Source of the DNA: Oscillospiraceae bacterium
Lineage (GTDB): Bacteria; Bacillota; Clostridia; Oscillospirales; Oscillospiraceae
Direction of reading: 5' to 3'
DNA: 46,531 nucleotides
Assembly: GCA_015068335.1 (NCBI GenBank)
Contig: SVKT01000001.1
Span: 1 to 46,531, forward strand
Numbering within the stretch: position 1 is the first letter of the stretch; every line of letters begins with the position of its first letter. This document shows, one piece after another, positions 36,732-46,531 of the stretch. A program made the position numbers and the translations under genes. The notes beneath the pieces are model-generated. The model worked only from the letters and a program-made list of their open reading frames with translations. It did not search any database and was not told the origin of the DNA.

Positions 36732-37385
36732 ATGTATCGTACAGTGATCTTTGATTTGGATGGAACGCTTCTGAACACCATTGAGGATCTGGCCAATGCC
36801 GGCAACTGGGTCTGCCGGAAGAACCACTGGCCGGAGCACACCGCAGAGGAATATAAGACGATGGTGGGACACGGCATTCCCAGTCTGGTGACCAAGTTTT
36901 CCCCGGAGGAGAGCCGCAGCCCCCTGATGATCGCCAACACGCTGGAACAATACTTCCGCTATTACAGCGCGCACTGTATGGAGCAGACTGCGCCGTACGA
37001 GGGGATCGCCGCGCTGCTGGCAGACTTGAAGGCTGCGGGTATCACCCTGGCGGTCTACTCCAACAAGGCCGACGCCCTGACCTGCGCGATGGCGGAGCAT
37101 TATTTCCCCGGCGTGTTTTCGCTGGTGCGGGGCAAGTTGGAGAGCGTGGCAGTCAAACCGAACCGGGAGGGCATCCTGACGGTGATGGAAGATCTGGGTG
37201 CCGACCCCGAAACGGCGCTGTTTGTGGGCGACAGCCGCGTGGATATCCTCACCGGTCATAACGGCGGTATGAAGGCCTGCGGCGTTACGTGGGGCTACCG
37301 TTCCAGAGAGTCGCTGGTGGAGGCGGGCGCCGATGCGCTGGCAGACACCGTGGAGGAACTGCGCCGGATCATTTTGGAGGGCTGA
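36732..37385 (+). CDS. HAD-superfamily phosphatase (phosphoglycolate phosphatase-like)
   Basis: FDLDGTL, SNK, KP and VGDS..D motifs. Confidence 0.9.
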   Translation: MYRTVIFDLDGTLLNTIEDLANAGNWVCRKNHWPEHTAEEYKTMVGHGIPSLVTKFSPEESRSPLMIANTLEQYFRYYSAHCMEQTAPYEGIAALLADLKAAGITLAVYSNKADALTCAMAEHYFPGVFSLVRGKLESVAVKPNREGILTVMEDLGADPETALFVGDSRVDILTGHNGGMKACGVTWGYRSRESLVEAGADALADTVEELRRIILEG

Positions 37386-37388
37386 ACG

Positions 37389-37787
37389 ATGATCCTGTCC
37401 TTTGACCGGGTGGGAGAGGCGCTGGACGAAATGGCCGAGCAGTTTCCGCCGATCCTGTTTGAAGAACTCAACGGCGGTGTGAATCTGTTGGAGGACGTCG
37501 TGGAGGATCCGGATTTTCCTGCCGGAGAGATGTATATTCTGGGCGAGTACTGCGACGACTGCCTGGGGCTGTATATCAACCTGTATTACGGGTCGTTTGC
37601 CGCGCTGGCGGAGCGGGAGTCCTGGGATGAGCAGACCTGGATGCAGGAACTGCGCACCACGCTGTCCCACGAGTTGACGCACCATATGGAAAACCGCAGC
37701 GGGCTCCACGCGCTGGACGACCGCGACGCAGAGGAACTGCTCCTCTGGCGGCAGGAATATGCCGCAGAAAGCGAAACGGACGAATAA
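37389..37787 (+). CDS. Minimal zincin-like metallopeptidase
   Basis: TLSHELTHH (HExxH) and LGEY motifs. Confidence 0.75.
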   Translation: MILSFDRVGEALDEMAEQFPPILFEELNGGVNLLEDVVEDPDFPAGEMYILGEYCDDCLGLYINLYYGSFAALAERESWDEQTWMQELRTTLSHELTHHMENRSGLHALDDRDAEELLLWRQEYAAESETDE

Positions 37788-37874
37788 ACGGAGACGGCAA
37801 AGCCGCCTCCGTTTTCTTTTTCCCGCCGTTGGAAAAGGTTTACAATTTTTTAACGCACATCCGCTCTTTTCCGA

Positions 37875-37940
37875 TTGACAGAAAATGGACGGGTGCTATA
37901 ATAGATGACAACTTGTCATAAAATGACAATCTGTCATTTT
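37875..37940 (+). promoter_or_regulatory. Promoter and two TetR operators
   Basis: TTGACA-N16-TATAAT followed by palindromes ATGACAACTTGTCAT (37905) and AAAATGACAATCTGTCATTTT (37920). Confidence 0.8.
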
Positions 37941-37955
37941 GAAAGGAGTGATCCG

Positions 37956-38582
37956 ATGTGCACGGAGACCTTCCTCCGCTTGCCGGAGGAGAAGCGGGAG
38001 CGCTTTCTTGACGCCGCCTGGGAGGAATTTACGCAAGCCGGATTTGCCGATGCGTCCATCAACCAGATCGTGCGGCGGGCGGGCGTGCCCCGGGGCAGTT
38101 TTTACCAGTATTTTTCCGACAAGGACGACTTGTTTGCCTATCTGGGGAATATCATACTCAAACACCTGGTCGCAGAATACCGCAGTGTGCTGCGGCAGGC
38201 GGAGGGCGATATCTTCCGCACGCAACTGCTGTGCTTCGACCGGGTGGCGGCCCAGGGCAGCGCGGCGGATCTGCTGTTTGAGCGCAGTTTGCGGATCGTC
38301 CGGAACAATCCGGGGCTGCTGCCTCAGGCGGCGATGCAGGAACAGGTGCTTTGCCGCATTTTTGCGGAAGTCCGGGCGGATATGGACACCTCCCGGCTGC
38401 GGCAGCAGGATGAGGACTTCGTCTGGCATACCTTTGCGTTGGCGATCGTTGCGGTGGCCATCGCGGTGGTGGCCTGTTTGGAGCACCCGGAAAAGGCGGA
38501 GGAGATCCGCCGCGGGCTGGCCGCACAGTTGGACATTATGCAGAACGGAAGCCTGGCAGAGCCTTGCCGGGTGTTCGGATAA
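37956..38582 (+). CDS. TetR/AcrR family regulator
   Basis: ASINQIVRRAGVPRGSFYQYFSDKDDL. Confidence 0.92.
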   Translation: MCTETFLRLPEEKRERFLDAAWEEFTQAGFADASINQIVRRAGVPRGSFYQYFSDKDDLFAYLGNIILKHLVAEYRSVLRQAEGDIFRTQLLCFDRVAAQGSAADLLFERSLRIVRNNPGLLPQAAMQEQVLCRIFAEVRADMDTSRLRQQDEDFVWHTFALAIVAVAIAVVACLEHPEKAEEIRRGLAAQLDIMQNGSLAEPCRVFG

Positions 38583-38594
38583 GAGGAGGACGCT

Positions 38595-39884
38595 ATGAAA
38601 CGAAACAAAGTGGCGCTGCTGCTGGCAGTGGCGATGCTGGTATCCGTGTGTGCGGTATCCGCGATGGCAGGCGAGGAAACGAAGCCGCCGATCCTGATCG
38701 CGCCGGCGCCGTCGGGCGCGCTCTCGGAGGCGGAACGCGCGGCGCAGGAAGTGCTCATCACGCCTGATGCGGTGGGGACGGTGTCCTTCGGGAATATCGA
38801 CAGCCGGATGCGGCAGAACAACCTGACCATCCTGACGTTGCAGCAGAGCGTGGACACGCTGGAAGACATTGACTACGCAGAGATGAAGGAAGAGGTTCGG
38901 AAGAACCTGAACCTGATGGCGGAGCAGAACTGGGCGATGCGCCGGATGTCTGCTTACGAGCCGGTGGGCTCTATGCTGGCGATTTCCAGCGCAGAGCAGC
39001 AGTACAGTTCCTTGAAGCAGACCTTTGAGGATCTGAAAGACGGCTCCTTGCAGGAGGAGAACGCCGGATTGATCCGTCAGTTGCGAAACGGACAGGATCA
39101 ACTTGTGATGGCCGGCGAGACCACCTTCATCGCCCTGAAAGGGATGGAGGTGAAGGAGGCCGGTCTGGAACGCCAGTTGGGCGCCCTGAACCGCACGGTG
39201 GAGGAGATGACTCTGCGCCACGAACTGGGGCAGATCTCCGCACTTCAACTTTCCCAGATCAAAGCGGGGCAGACGGCTCTTGCCAGCGGTCTGGAAACGC
39301 TGCGGATGAACATCGGCGCGTACAAAACCCAACTGGAACTGCTGCTGGGCGCGGAACTGACGGGCGAGATCCTGCTGGGTGCGCTGCCCGAGGTGACCGA
39401 GGAACAGTTGGAACAGATGGATCTGGAAAAGGATCTGGCCTCCGCCAAGTCCCGGAGTTATGAACTTTACGCGGCGGCGGAAACACTGGCGGATGCGAAG
39501 AAGGAGTACGAGGACGCCGCCGACGAGTACAACGAAAACGAGAAAAAGGCGGAGTTCCGTAACGCCAAGCGCGTCTGGCAGTCTGCCCAGTATACATACA
39601 ACGACACGGTGCAGAACTACGAACTGCGCTTCCGCACGCTGTTTGCCCAGGTGGGTGATTACAGACAGGCGTGGGAGGCGGCAAAGGATTCTCTTGCATT
39701 CCAGCAGCAGAATCTGGCTGCGGCGGAACTGAAATGTCAGCAGGGAACGCTCTCCCAGAACGCGCTGCTGGACGCAAAGGACAGCGTCCGGGAAGCGGAG
39801 GAGGCTGTGGAGACGGCTGCCAACAACCTGTTTTCCGCGTATAACAGTTATCGCTGGGCCGTTGAATGCGGTATCCTGAACTGA
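38595..39884 (+). CDS. TolC/OEP-like exported coiled-coil protein
   Basis: Signal peptide; repeated OEP-like motifs RHELGQISALQL and KCQQGTLSQNALLDA; RND operon context. Confidence 0.75.
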   Translation: MKRNKVALLLAVAMLVSVCAVSAMAGEETKPPILIAPAPSGALSEAERAAQEVLITPDAVGTVSFGNIDSRMRQNNLTILTLQQSVDTLEDIDYAEMKEEVRKNLNLMAEQNWAMRRMSAYEPVGSMLAISSAEQQYSSLKQTFEDLKDGSLQEENAGLIRQLRNGQDQLVMAGETTFIALKGMEVKEAGLERQLGALNRTVEEMTLRHELGQISALQLSQIKAGQTALASGLETLRMNIGAYKTQLELLLGAELTGEILLGALPEVTEEQLEQMDLEKDLASAKSRSYELYAAAETLADAKKEYEDAADEYNENEKKAEFRNAKRVWQSAQYTYNDTVQNYELRFRTLFAQVGDYRQAWEAAKDSLAFQQQNLAAAELKCQQGTLSQNALLDAKDSVREAEEAVETAANNLFSAYNSYRWAVECGILN

Positions 39885-39895
39885 TGGGAGGAAGA

Positions 39896-41068
39896 ATGAC
39901 GATGAAATTGAAAAGACTGACAGTCCTGGGACTGGTGTTTGTGATGCTGCTGTCTTTGACGGCCTGCGGAGAGAAGGATGAGCCGGTGAGCGAAGCGCCT
40001 GCCGCCGGCGTTGCCGTGCAGGTGGAAGCCGTGGCGGCAGACACTCTGGCCACGGAGAATAAGGTGTCCGGTATGCTGGCCACGGACAGCACCAGCACCG
40101 TGATGATCACGGTGACGGCAAAATGCACCGCGGTCCACGCAAAGGCGGGCGACAAGGTGAAGGCGGGCGACATCCTCTGCACGCTGGACCTGAGCAGCAC
40201 GCAGTCTTCCTATCAGGCCGCCCTCATCAGTTATAACTCTGCGGTGCAGAGTTATCAGGATCAGAAGGCCATTCTGGATAAGCAGGTAAAACTGGCGGAG
40301 GACAACGTGGCCAACACCAAGGCGCTGCTGGCCATCGGCGCCGCCTCCCAACTGGAAGTGGACCAGGCGGAACTGAGTTTCCAGTCTGCCGTGGCCGGCC
40401 GGAACGCAACGCTGGCACAGTTGGAGGCGGGCGTGCAGAACGCCAAGAGCGGCGTGGAGCAGTTGAATGCCGCGCTGGAAAATGTGGATGCCGCCGGCAA
40501 CGTCATTGCACCGGCGTCTGGTACGCTGGTGAGCATCAATGCCACGGAGAATGTGTACGTGTCCCCCTCCGCTCCTCTGGCAGTCATTGACGGCGAGGAG
40601 CAGATGACCATCGTTGTGTCTGTTTCCGAGGCGCTGGTGCCCAAACTCTCTGTGGGCGACACGGCCAGCGTGTCCGTCAGCGCCGCAGGACAGGAATTTG
40701 CGGCAGTTATCCGGTCTGTGGAGCGGATGGCCAATATGCAGACCAAACTGTACACCGTGACGCTGACTGTGCCGGCGGAGGTGAAGGGGCTGCTCTCCGG
40801 TATGTCTGCGGACGTCATCTTCCACACCGGCGTGGCTCGGGATACCATCGTCATCCCCACGGAGGCCATTCTCACCAGCAACGGCAAGCAGTATGTTTAC
40901 GTGGTGGAGAATGATACCGCTCATTATGTGGAGATTGTGACCGGACTGACCGGCAGCGGCGTGACCGAGGTGGTGTCCGGCCTGGAAGTGGGACAGCAGT
41001 TGGTGACCGTAGGTCAGGCCTATCTGATGGAGGGCGACACGGTTCGCATCGTTTCCGGGGAGGCATAA
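39896..41068 (+). CDS. RND efflux membrane-fusion (adaptor) lipoprotein
   Basis: Lipobox LTAC; lipoyl halves GDKVKAGDILCTLD and IAPASG; LLSGMSA motif. Confidence 0.9.
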   Translation: MTMKLKRLTVLGLVFVMLLSLTACGEKDEPVSEAPAAGVAVQVEAVAADTLATENKVSGMLATDSTSTVMITVTAKCTAVHAKAGDKVKAGDILCTLDLSSTQSSYQAALISYNSAVQSYQDQKAILDKQVKLAEDNVANTKALLAIGAASQLEVDQAELSFQSAVAGRNATLAQLEAGVQNAKSGVEQLNAALENVDAAGNVIAPASGTLVSINATENVYVSPSAPLAVIDGEEQMTIVVSVSEALVPKLSVGDTASVSVSAAGQEFAAVIRSVERMANMQTKLYTVTLTVPAEVKGLLSGMSADVIFHTGVARDTIVIPTEAILTSNGKQYVYVVENDTAHYVEIVTGLTGSGVTEVVSGLEVGQQLVTVGQAYLMEGDTVRIVSGEA

Positions 41069-44000
41069 ATGAATACGGCTAAATTTTGTATCAAGCACCG
41101 GGTGACGACGCTGCTGGCGGTCATTATGATCGCCGTGTTCGGCGTGGTGTTCACCACCCGGCTGCAAATGTCGCTGCTGCCCGATGTGGAGGCGCCTATG
41201 GCGGTGGTGGCCTGCTACTATAACGGCGCCACCCCCAGCGATATGGAGGAACTGATCACCCGCCCGCTGGAAACGGCCATTATGTCCGTGCCCGGCGTGG
41301 AGGAGGTGGCCTCCACATCCTCTGACGGGATCAGCCAGATCCAGATCACTTATGCCGACGGCACCGATCTGGACATCACATCCAGCAAACTGCGGGAAAA
41401 ATTTGACGCCCTGTCCCTGCCGGACGGCGCAATGGATCCCGTGATCATCAATATGAACCTCAGCGACATCCTGCCGACTGCTATGGTGGCGCTGATGGGC
41501 GAGGACCTCAGTCAGTTGCAGACGCTGGCAGAGGATGTGGTCGTCCCGGCTCTGGAACGCATTGACGGCGTGGCCTCCGTGTCCGTCAGCGGCGGCGTGA
41601 CAGAGCAGATCGCCGTGGAGATCGACCCTGCCCGTGCGGCGGGCTTCGGCCTTTCCAACGCGTACATCGCCCAACTCCTGATGGCGGAAAACCTGTTGTA
41701 TCCCGGCGGCGATATTCAGAACGGCAGCAAGAACCTGACGGTCAGTACGGATGCCCAATTCGAGAGCGTGGATGATGTGGCCAATATGCTCATTGCGCTG
41801 CCCACCGGCGGTACCATCCGGCTCAACGAGGTGGCCAATGTGGTGCTGGAATCCTCGGAAACCGATACCATCGCGATGATGGACGGCAGCGCCTGCGTGC
41901 TGCTGCAAGTTTCCAAGCAGTCCGGCGCCAACGAGGCCCAGACCGCTGACGCTGTGGAGGTACGTATGGCGGAACTGGCGGCGGAAAACCGCAGCATCCA
42001 CTATGCCCTGCCTTATCTTGCCACCAGTTTCATCGACCTGGCGGTGGAGGCGGCCCTTTCCAACATCGTCGTGGGTATGGTGCTGGCTGCCATCGTGGTA
42101 TTCCTGTTCCTGCGCCGCTGGGCGGCCACGATGACCATCGCGGTGTCGATGCCGGTGTGTATCCTGCTGGTGTTCGTGCTGATGAACGCGATGGACCTGA
42201 CGATGAATATGATGAGCCTCGGCGGCATCGCGATGGGCGTTGGTATGATCGTGGATAACTCCATCGTGGTGCTGGAAAACATCTACCGCTACGCCGCAGA
42301 GGGCAAGGACCGGATGACCGCCTGCGTGGAAGGCACGCAGGAAGTCATCACCTCTGTTGTGGCCTCTACCCTGACCACGGCGGCGGTGTTCCTGCCCATC
42401 GGTCTTTCCGGCGGTATTGCCGGTATGCTCTTTGACGACTTCTGCCTGACCATCTCCTTCCTGATCCTCGGCTCTATGGCCATTGCGGTGACCCTTGTGC
42501 CGCTGCTGTGCTACCTGATGCTGGATGAGGAAAAGGTGCGGCGGGATCAACTCCGCCGCGCCGAGAAAACGCGCGGCGGGCTGGCTGCGCTGCCGGGCAA
42601 GGTGGTCGGCTGGATGAGCCGCGTGTATCTGAAACTGCTTGACTTCTTTGTGCATCACCTCAAAACCGGTATGTTTGTGTCCTCTGCGCTGGTGGTGATT
42701 TTTGTGGCGGGCTGCCTGTCCACCAACGCGGTGCTGCTGCCCTCTATGGATATGGGTCAACTGGCTGTGACCATCACCACGCCCATCGGCTCCCAGGTGG
42801 ATGAGACCACCGCGATCGCGGATCGGGTGGCTGCCGTGGCGGAGAGGGAAGTGCCGGAACTGGTGAGTATGTACTATACCGCGCAGGCGGAAAGCGCCTC
42901 CCTGACCCTGGCTTTGACCGACAAGAGCCAGCGCCAGCGTAGCAGCGACGAGGTGGCAAATGACCTCCGATTGAAGTTGCAGGACATTGCCGGCTGCGAG
43001 ATTTCCATCGTGTCCTCCGATATGACTGCTATGCTCAGTGGCAATGAGATCAGCGTGGACATTACAGGCGTGGATTACGGCACGCTCTCTATGATCGCGG
43101 ACGATCTGGCCAAGCAGATCGGTGCGCTGCCGGATGCCGTGGACGTCAGCAGTTCCGTGGCAGATCAGGTGCCCCAGGTGAAGGTGAGCATCAACCGCGA
43201 AAATGCCGCCCAGTACGGGCTGACCGCAGCCACCATCGGCGCGGCTGTCCGTTCGGAACTGACCGGTGAAACGGCCACCACCGTGACCATCGACAATAAG
43301 GCGCTGGATGTGGTGGTTCGCGGTGACGGCGCTGCCGCCGTCAGCCTGGATGCGCTGCGCTCTATGCCGGTTGCCACCCCCAGAGGCGGTTATGTGCCGC
43401 TGTATACGGTGGCCTATGTGGATGTTGTGCAGATGCCCCAGACCATTGCCCGCGTGAATCAGTCCCGGCAGGTGTCCATTACCGGCAATACCATCAGCGG
43501 CAATGTGACCGCTATGACGCAGGAGATCACCGCCATTCTGGATGCCTATCAGTTGCCCGAGGGCTATACCGCAGAGATCACCGGCAGTTACTCCGAAATG
43601 ATGGACAGTTTCTCTGATCTGCTGCTGGCCCTTGTGGTGGCGCTGGGTCTGGTGTACTTTGTGCTGGCGGCGCAGTTCGAGTCCTTCCTGATGCCGATCA
43701 TCGTGATGATGATCCTGCCGGTGGCCTTCGGCGGCGCGCTGGTGGTGCTGCCCCTGACGGGCCGCGACCTGTCTATGATCGCGCTGGTGGCGCTGATTAT
43801 GCTGGCAGGCACGGTGGTCAACAACTCCATCATTCTGGTGGACTATATCAACGTTCGCCGGCAGCGGGGCGAGGATCGTGCGGACGCCATTTTGAAGGCG
43901 TGTCCCCTGCGTGTCCGCCCGGTGATGATGACCACCATTACCACGGTCCTGGCGATGATCCCTATGGCTGCCGCTATGGGCAATACGCTGGAAATTATGA

Positions 44001-44146
44001 GCGATATGGGCATCACGATGATGAGCGGTATGATCATCTCCACCGTCATCACGCTGGTATTCACGCCGGTGTATTACTCCGTCATCGACAATATGACTTC
44101 CAAAAAGCGCAGAAAGAAGGCTGCTGCCGAAGCGCAGCCCGTATAA
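41069..44146 (+). CDS. RND efflux permease (AcrB/SwrC family)
   Basis: GMIVDNSIVVLEN, GTVVNNSIILVD and RVRPVMMT motifs; 1025 aa. Confidence 0.95.
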   Translation: MNTAKFCIKHRVTTLLAVIMIAVFGVVFTTRLQMSLLPDVEAPMAVVACYYNGATPSDMEELITRPLETAIMSVPGVEEVASTSSDGISQIQITYADGTDLDITSSKLREKFDALSLPDGAMDPVIINMNLSDILPTAMVALMGEDLSQLQTLAEDVVVPALERIDGVASVSVSGGVTEQIAVEIDPARAAGFGLSNAYIAQLLMAENLLYPGGDIQNGSKNLTVSTDAQFESVDDVANMLIALPTGGTIRLNEVANVVLESSETDTIAMMDGSACVLLQVSKQSGANEAQTADAVEVRMAELAAENRSIHYALPYLATSFIDLAVEAALSNIVVGMVLAAIVVFLFLRRWAATMTIAVSMPVCILLVFVLMNAMDLTMNMMSLGGIAMGVGMIVDNSIVVLENIYRYAAEGKDRMTACVEGTQEVITSVVASTLTTAAVFLPIGLSGGIAGMLFDDFCLTISFLILGSMAIAVTLVPLLCYLMLDEEKVRRDQLRRAEKTRGGLAALPGKVVGWMSRVYLKLLDFFVHHLKTGMFVSSALVVIFVAGCLSTNAVLLPSMDMGQLAVTITTPIGSQVDETTAIADRVAAVAEREVPELVSMYYTAQAESASLTLALTDKSQRQRSSDEVANDLRLKLQDIAGCEISIVSSDMTAMLSGNEISVDITGVDYGTLSMIADDLAKQIGALPDAVDVSSSVADQVPQVKVSINRENAAQYGLTAATIGAAVRSELTGETATTVTIDNKALDVVVRGDGAAAVSLDALRSMPVATPRGGYVPLYTVAYVDVVQMPQTIARVNQSRQVSITGNTISGNVTAMTQEITAILDAYQLPEGYTAEITGSYSEMMDSFSDLLLALVVALGLVYFVLAAQFESFLMPIIVMMILPVAFGGALVVLPLTGRDLSMIALVALIMLAGTVVNNSIILVDYINVRRQRGEDRADAILKACPLRVRPVMMTTITTVLAMIPMAAAMGNTLEIMSDMGITMMSGMIISTVITLVFTPVYYSVIDNMTSKKRRKKAAAEAQPV

Positions 44147-44408
44147 AGAAACCGTCCGGCAGGCTTACGCCTGCCGGACGCGTTTATGATAGCAGAACGT
44201 CCCCGTACAGTTTTAGATTTTGTGATGTTTCATAAAATTCAGGGAAACCGAAGCGGGAACGTGGAAAATCCTTGTAAATAAACAGAACCGGTGGTATACT
44301 TATTTATACTAAAATGGCGGAAAGTGCAGCCTGATTTCCCGATGAAATAAAAGCGAGTTGCACCAACCGTTTTTAACAAGAATGTGCGCCCGATGCGCGG
44401 AGGAGCGT

Positions 44409-45554
44409 GTGAAATTGAAGAAACTCCTGAGGTCTGCATTGCTGACCATTTGCCTGTGCGTTGCGCTATTGCTTCCGGCCTACGCGGCAGGAACAGAACT
44501 GGAACTTGCGGCACCGGATGCCCTGCCTGCGGTGGGAGAGACCTTTAACGTTACGATCGCCATTTCCGGAAATCCCGGACTGGGCGCGGTACAGATGACC
44601 CTTGCCTTTGACAAGGCGGTGGTGGAGTGCATAGAAATTTCTATGGGAACTGTGCTCAGCGACTCTGTTGTGGGCGGGTCGAACCCCTCAGGCGGCAGCG
44701 GCGCGAAAGTGGCAGCGGTGGCCTTCGATCATTTTTCGGGGGACGGCATCCTGGCCACCTATACGTTTAAGGTGCGCTCTGCCGGCAATCCCGCCTTTGC
44801 GCTGAAAGATATCGTACTGATTGGCACGGACAGAAGTGACATCAATCATACGGTGAACATCCCCGGCCACGTTGCCCCGGAACAGCCGATGGTCCAGCCT
44901 TCGGTTCCCGCGCAGCCCGCCCCCGGAACTGCCACCAAACCAGAGACAACGGACAAGCCGGAGGAAGAGGAGATCACGGCGCCCCTGCCCCAGACCTTTA
45001 CCGATGTGCCAGGCAGCCACTGGGCTTCGGTCTATATTGAAAAGGCGGCGAGTATGGGTTTGATCCGTGGATATTCTGACGGAAGTTTCCGCCCCGGCAA
45101 TCAGGTGACCCGCGCCCAGTTCGTTACGATGCTCTGGCGTATGGCGGGAAGTCCGGAAAGCAGCGGTAAAACGCCCTTTACCGATATCGTCGGCATAAAC
45201 GCGGAGTTCAGGTCCGCCATTGCCTGGGCCTATGAGCAGGGCTACATCAACGGGCGCACCGCCACTACCTTTGCCCCCTCGGATCCGTTGAGCCGCCAGG
45301 CGGCTATGAAGGTTTTGTTCCTGTATGCGGGAGGAAAGAGCGGGCAGGAGGTCCTGTTTACTGAAATTTATAATGACAGATTCACGGACAGCGCCGGCCT
45401 TCCTGACTGGGCCAGGACCTCGCTATACTGGGCTGTCTACAATGAGTTGATCTCCGGAACCACCCCCACCACACTGGGGGCGACCAACGCGGCGACGAGA
45501 GGTCAGTTGGCAAAGATCCTGGTAAACTACGCCGAAAAAATCGGAACGCAATAA
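44409..45554 (+). CDS. Cell-surface protein: cohesin-like domain, Pro/Thr linker and three SLH repeats
   Basis: VGETFNVTIAISGNPGLGAVQMTLAFDKAVVE...GDGILATYTFKV; FTDV..GLIRGYSDGSFRP..VTRAQF. Confidence 0.85.
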   Translation: MKLKKLLRSALLTICLCVALLLPAYAAGTELELAAPDALPAVGETFNVTIAISGNPGLGAVQMTLAFDKAVVECIEISMGTVLSDSVVGGSNPSGGSGAKVAAVAFDHFSGDGILATYTFKVRSAGNPAFALKDIVLIGTDRSDINHTVNIPGHVAPEQPMVQPSVPAQPAPGTATKPETTDKPEEEEITAPLPQTFTDVPGSHWASVYIEKAASMGLIRGYSDGSFRPGNQVTRAQFVTMLWRMAGSPESSGKTPFTDIVGINAEFRSAIAWAYEQGYINGRTATTFAPSDPLSRQAAMKVLFLYAGGKSGQEVLFTEIYNDRFTDSAGLPDWARTSLYWAVYNELISGTTPTTLGATNAATRGQLAKILVNYAEKIGTQ

Positions 45555-45569
45555 GGAAGAGGTGGAGCG

Positions 45570-46277
45570 ATGAAACGAATATTGAGCGTTCTCTTACTGG
45601 CCGCGCTGATGGCGTCTTTGCTGTGTGCCACTGCTTCGGCAGAAAGCGAGCAGCGAAGTCTGGGTGCCGGCTTTTATGCGATCGGCACAGCGGACAATGT
45701 GACCATCGAGCCCCGTACGGCGGACGATATCAAGGTGGATCCCACCACTGCCGCAGTGGGACAGGGCACTTCCGAATACTATGAGAGCGCGGAGCGCCTC
45801 AGCGTGACCTACACCGGGCCTGCGGAAGAAAATGACCAGTTCCTGGTCTTGCTGGTGACGGGCAACGGCCTGCCCACCGCTTCCGATACCATCTGTTACA
45901 TTGATCAGACGGTCACGGCCACAGGCGGCGTCACCTTTGATGTCTATCCTATGCTGCCGGAAACCGGCACGGACCTGACGCTGTATATCACCAGCAGCCG
46001 TGAGGATTTCACCACGATTCAGGTGGATATGAAATATGCGGTGGACGATACCTATACGGAATATACGGAAGTGCTGTATACGGTTGGCGATGTGGATGAG
46101 GACTCTTACATCAATGTTGCGGATGCAGCCAGGGTCATCGACCATTTCTTGGAGAGAGCACCTTTGACGGGGTCCGCGCTTCTGGCTGCAAATGTGAATG
46201 GTGATGATTACGTCAATGTCAATGACGCAGCCAAAATCATCGACTATTTTCTTGAAAGAATCACTGGATTTCAATAA
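45570..46277 (+). CDS. Secreted protein with a C-terminal dockerin
   Basis: Signal peptide; duplicated EF-hand-like repeats GDVDEDSYINVADAARV and ANVNGDDYVNVNDAAKI. Confidence 0.85.
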   Translation: MKRILSVLLLAALMASLLCATASAESEQRSLGAGFYAIGTADNVTIEPRTADDIKVDPTTAAVGQGTSEYYESAERLSVTYTGPAEENDQFLVLLVTGNGLPTASDTICYIDQTVTATGGVTFDVYPMLPETGTDLTLYITSSREDFTTIQVDMKYAVDDTYTEYTEVLYTVGDVDEDSYINVADAARVIDHFLERAPLTGSALLAANVNGDDYVNVNDAAKIIDYFLERITGFQ

Positions 46278-46294
46278 TGAGTGAATAAAGGGGT

Positions 46295-46531
46295 ATGACT
46301 ATGAGAACATTGAAAAAGGCATTGGCGTTGCTGCTGGCTTTTACCGTGTTGACCAGTTTGATGGTCGCACCGGCATCGGCAGCCAATGCCACCGGAGAGG
46401 CCACCATTTCCCTGTCCCTGAACGTACAGGCAGGAGAATGGACCTATGGCGAGGGTTCTAATGAATACACTGTGGAAGTCATTGCCACTGCGAGCGAGGG
46501 AGATATTATCCCTCTGTCTGCATTGCAGTTG
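46295..46531 (+). CDS. Secreted protein, partial (runs off the window)
   Basis: MTMRTLKKALALLLAFTVLTSLMVAPASA signal peptide; frame open to the end. Confidence 0.7.
   Translation, partial: MTMRTLKKALALLLAFTVLTSLMVAPASAANATGEATISLSLNVQAGEWTYGEGSNEYTVEVIATASEGDIIPLSALQL

Overview
High-GC Bacillota chromosome segment, probably Oscillospiraceae (inferred from gene content: spoVAC, several SLH proteins, HisR-type box). It is mostly housekeeping: hemW, spoVAC, a Topo IV-like B/A pair, four tRNAs, a complete his operon with a HisZ-HisG fusion, and a TetR-TolC-MFP-RND efflux operon. Cell-surface genes are frequent. The most unusual locus is 20280-25960. Two paralogous S-layer (SLH) genes, one short and one long, each carry a homologous promoter, an upstream box and a ~200-nt leader with compensatory base changes. 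They flank a gene with two apparently catalytically dead tyrosine-recombinase domains plus two wHTH-like domains. Other signals: a 31-bp-period operator array between divergent promoters at an XRE/S24 repressor; tRNA 3'-end duplications; DnaA boxes upstream of the topoisomerase operon; an SLH-cohesin/dockerin gene pair; and window-wide AGCT/CATG depletion that the S-layer genes escape. All calls come from manual reading; no database searches were run.
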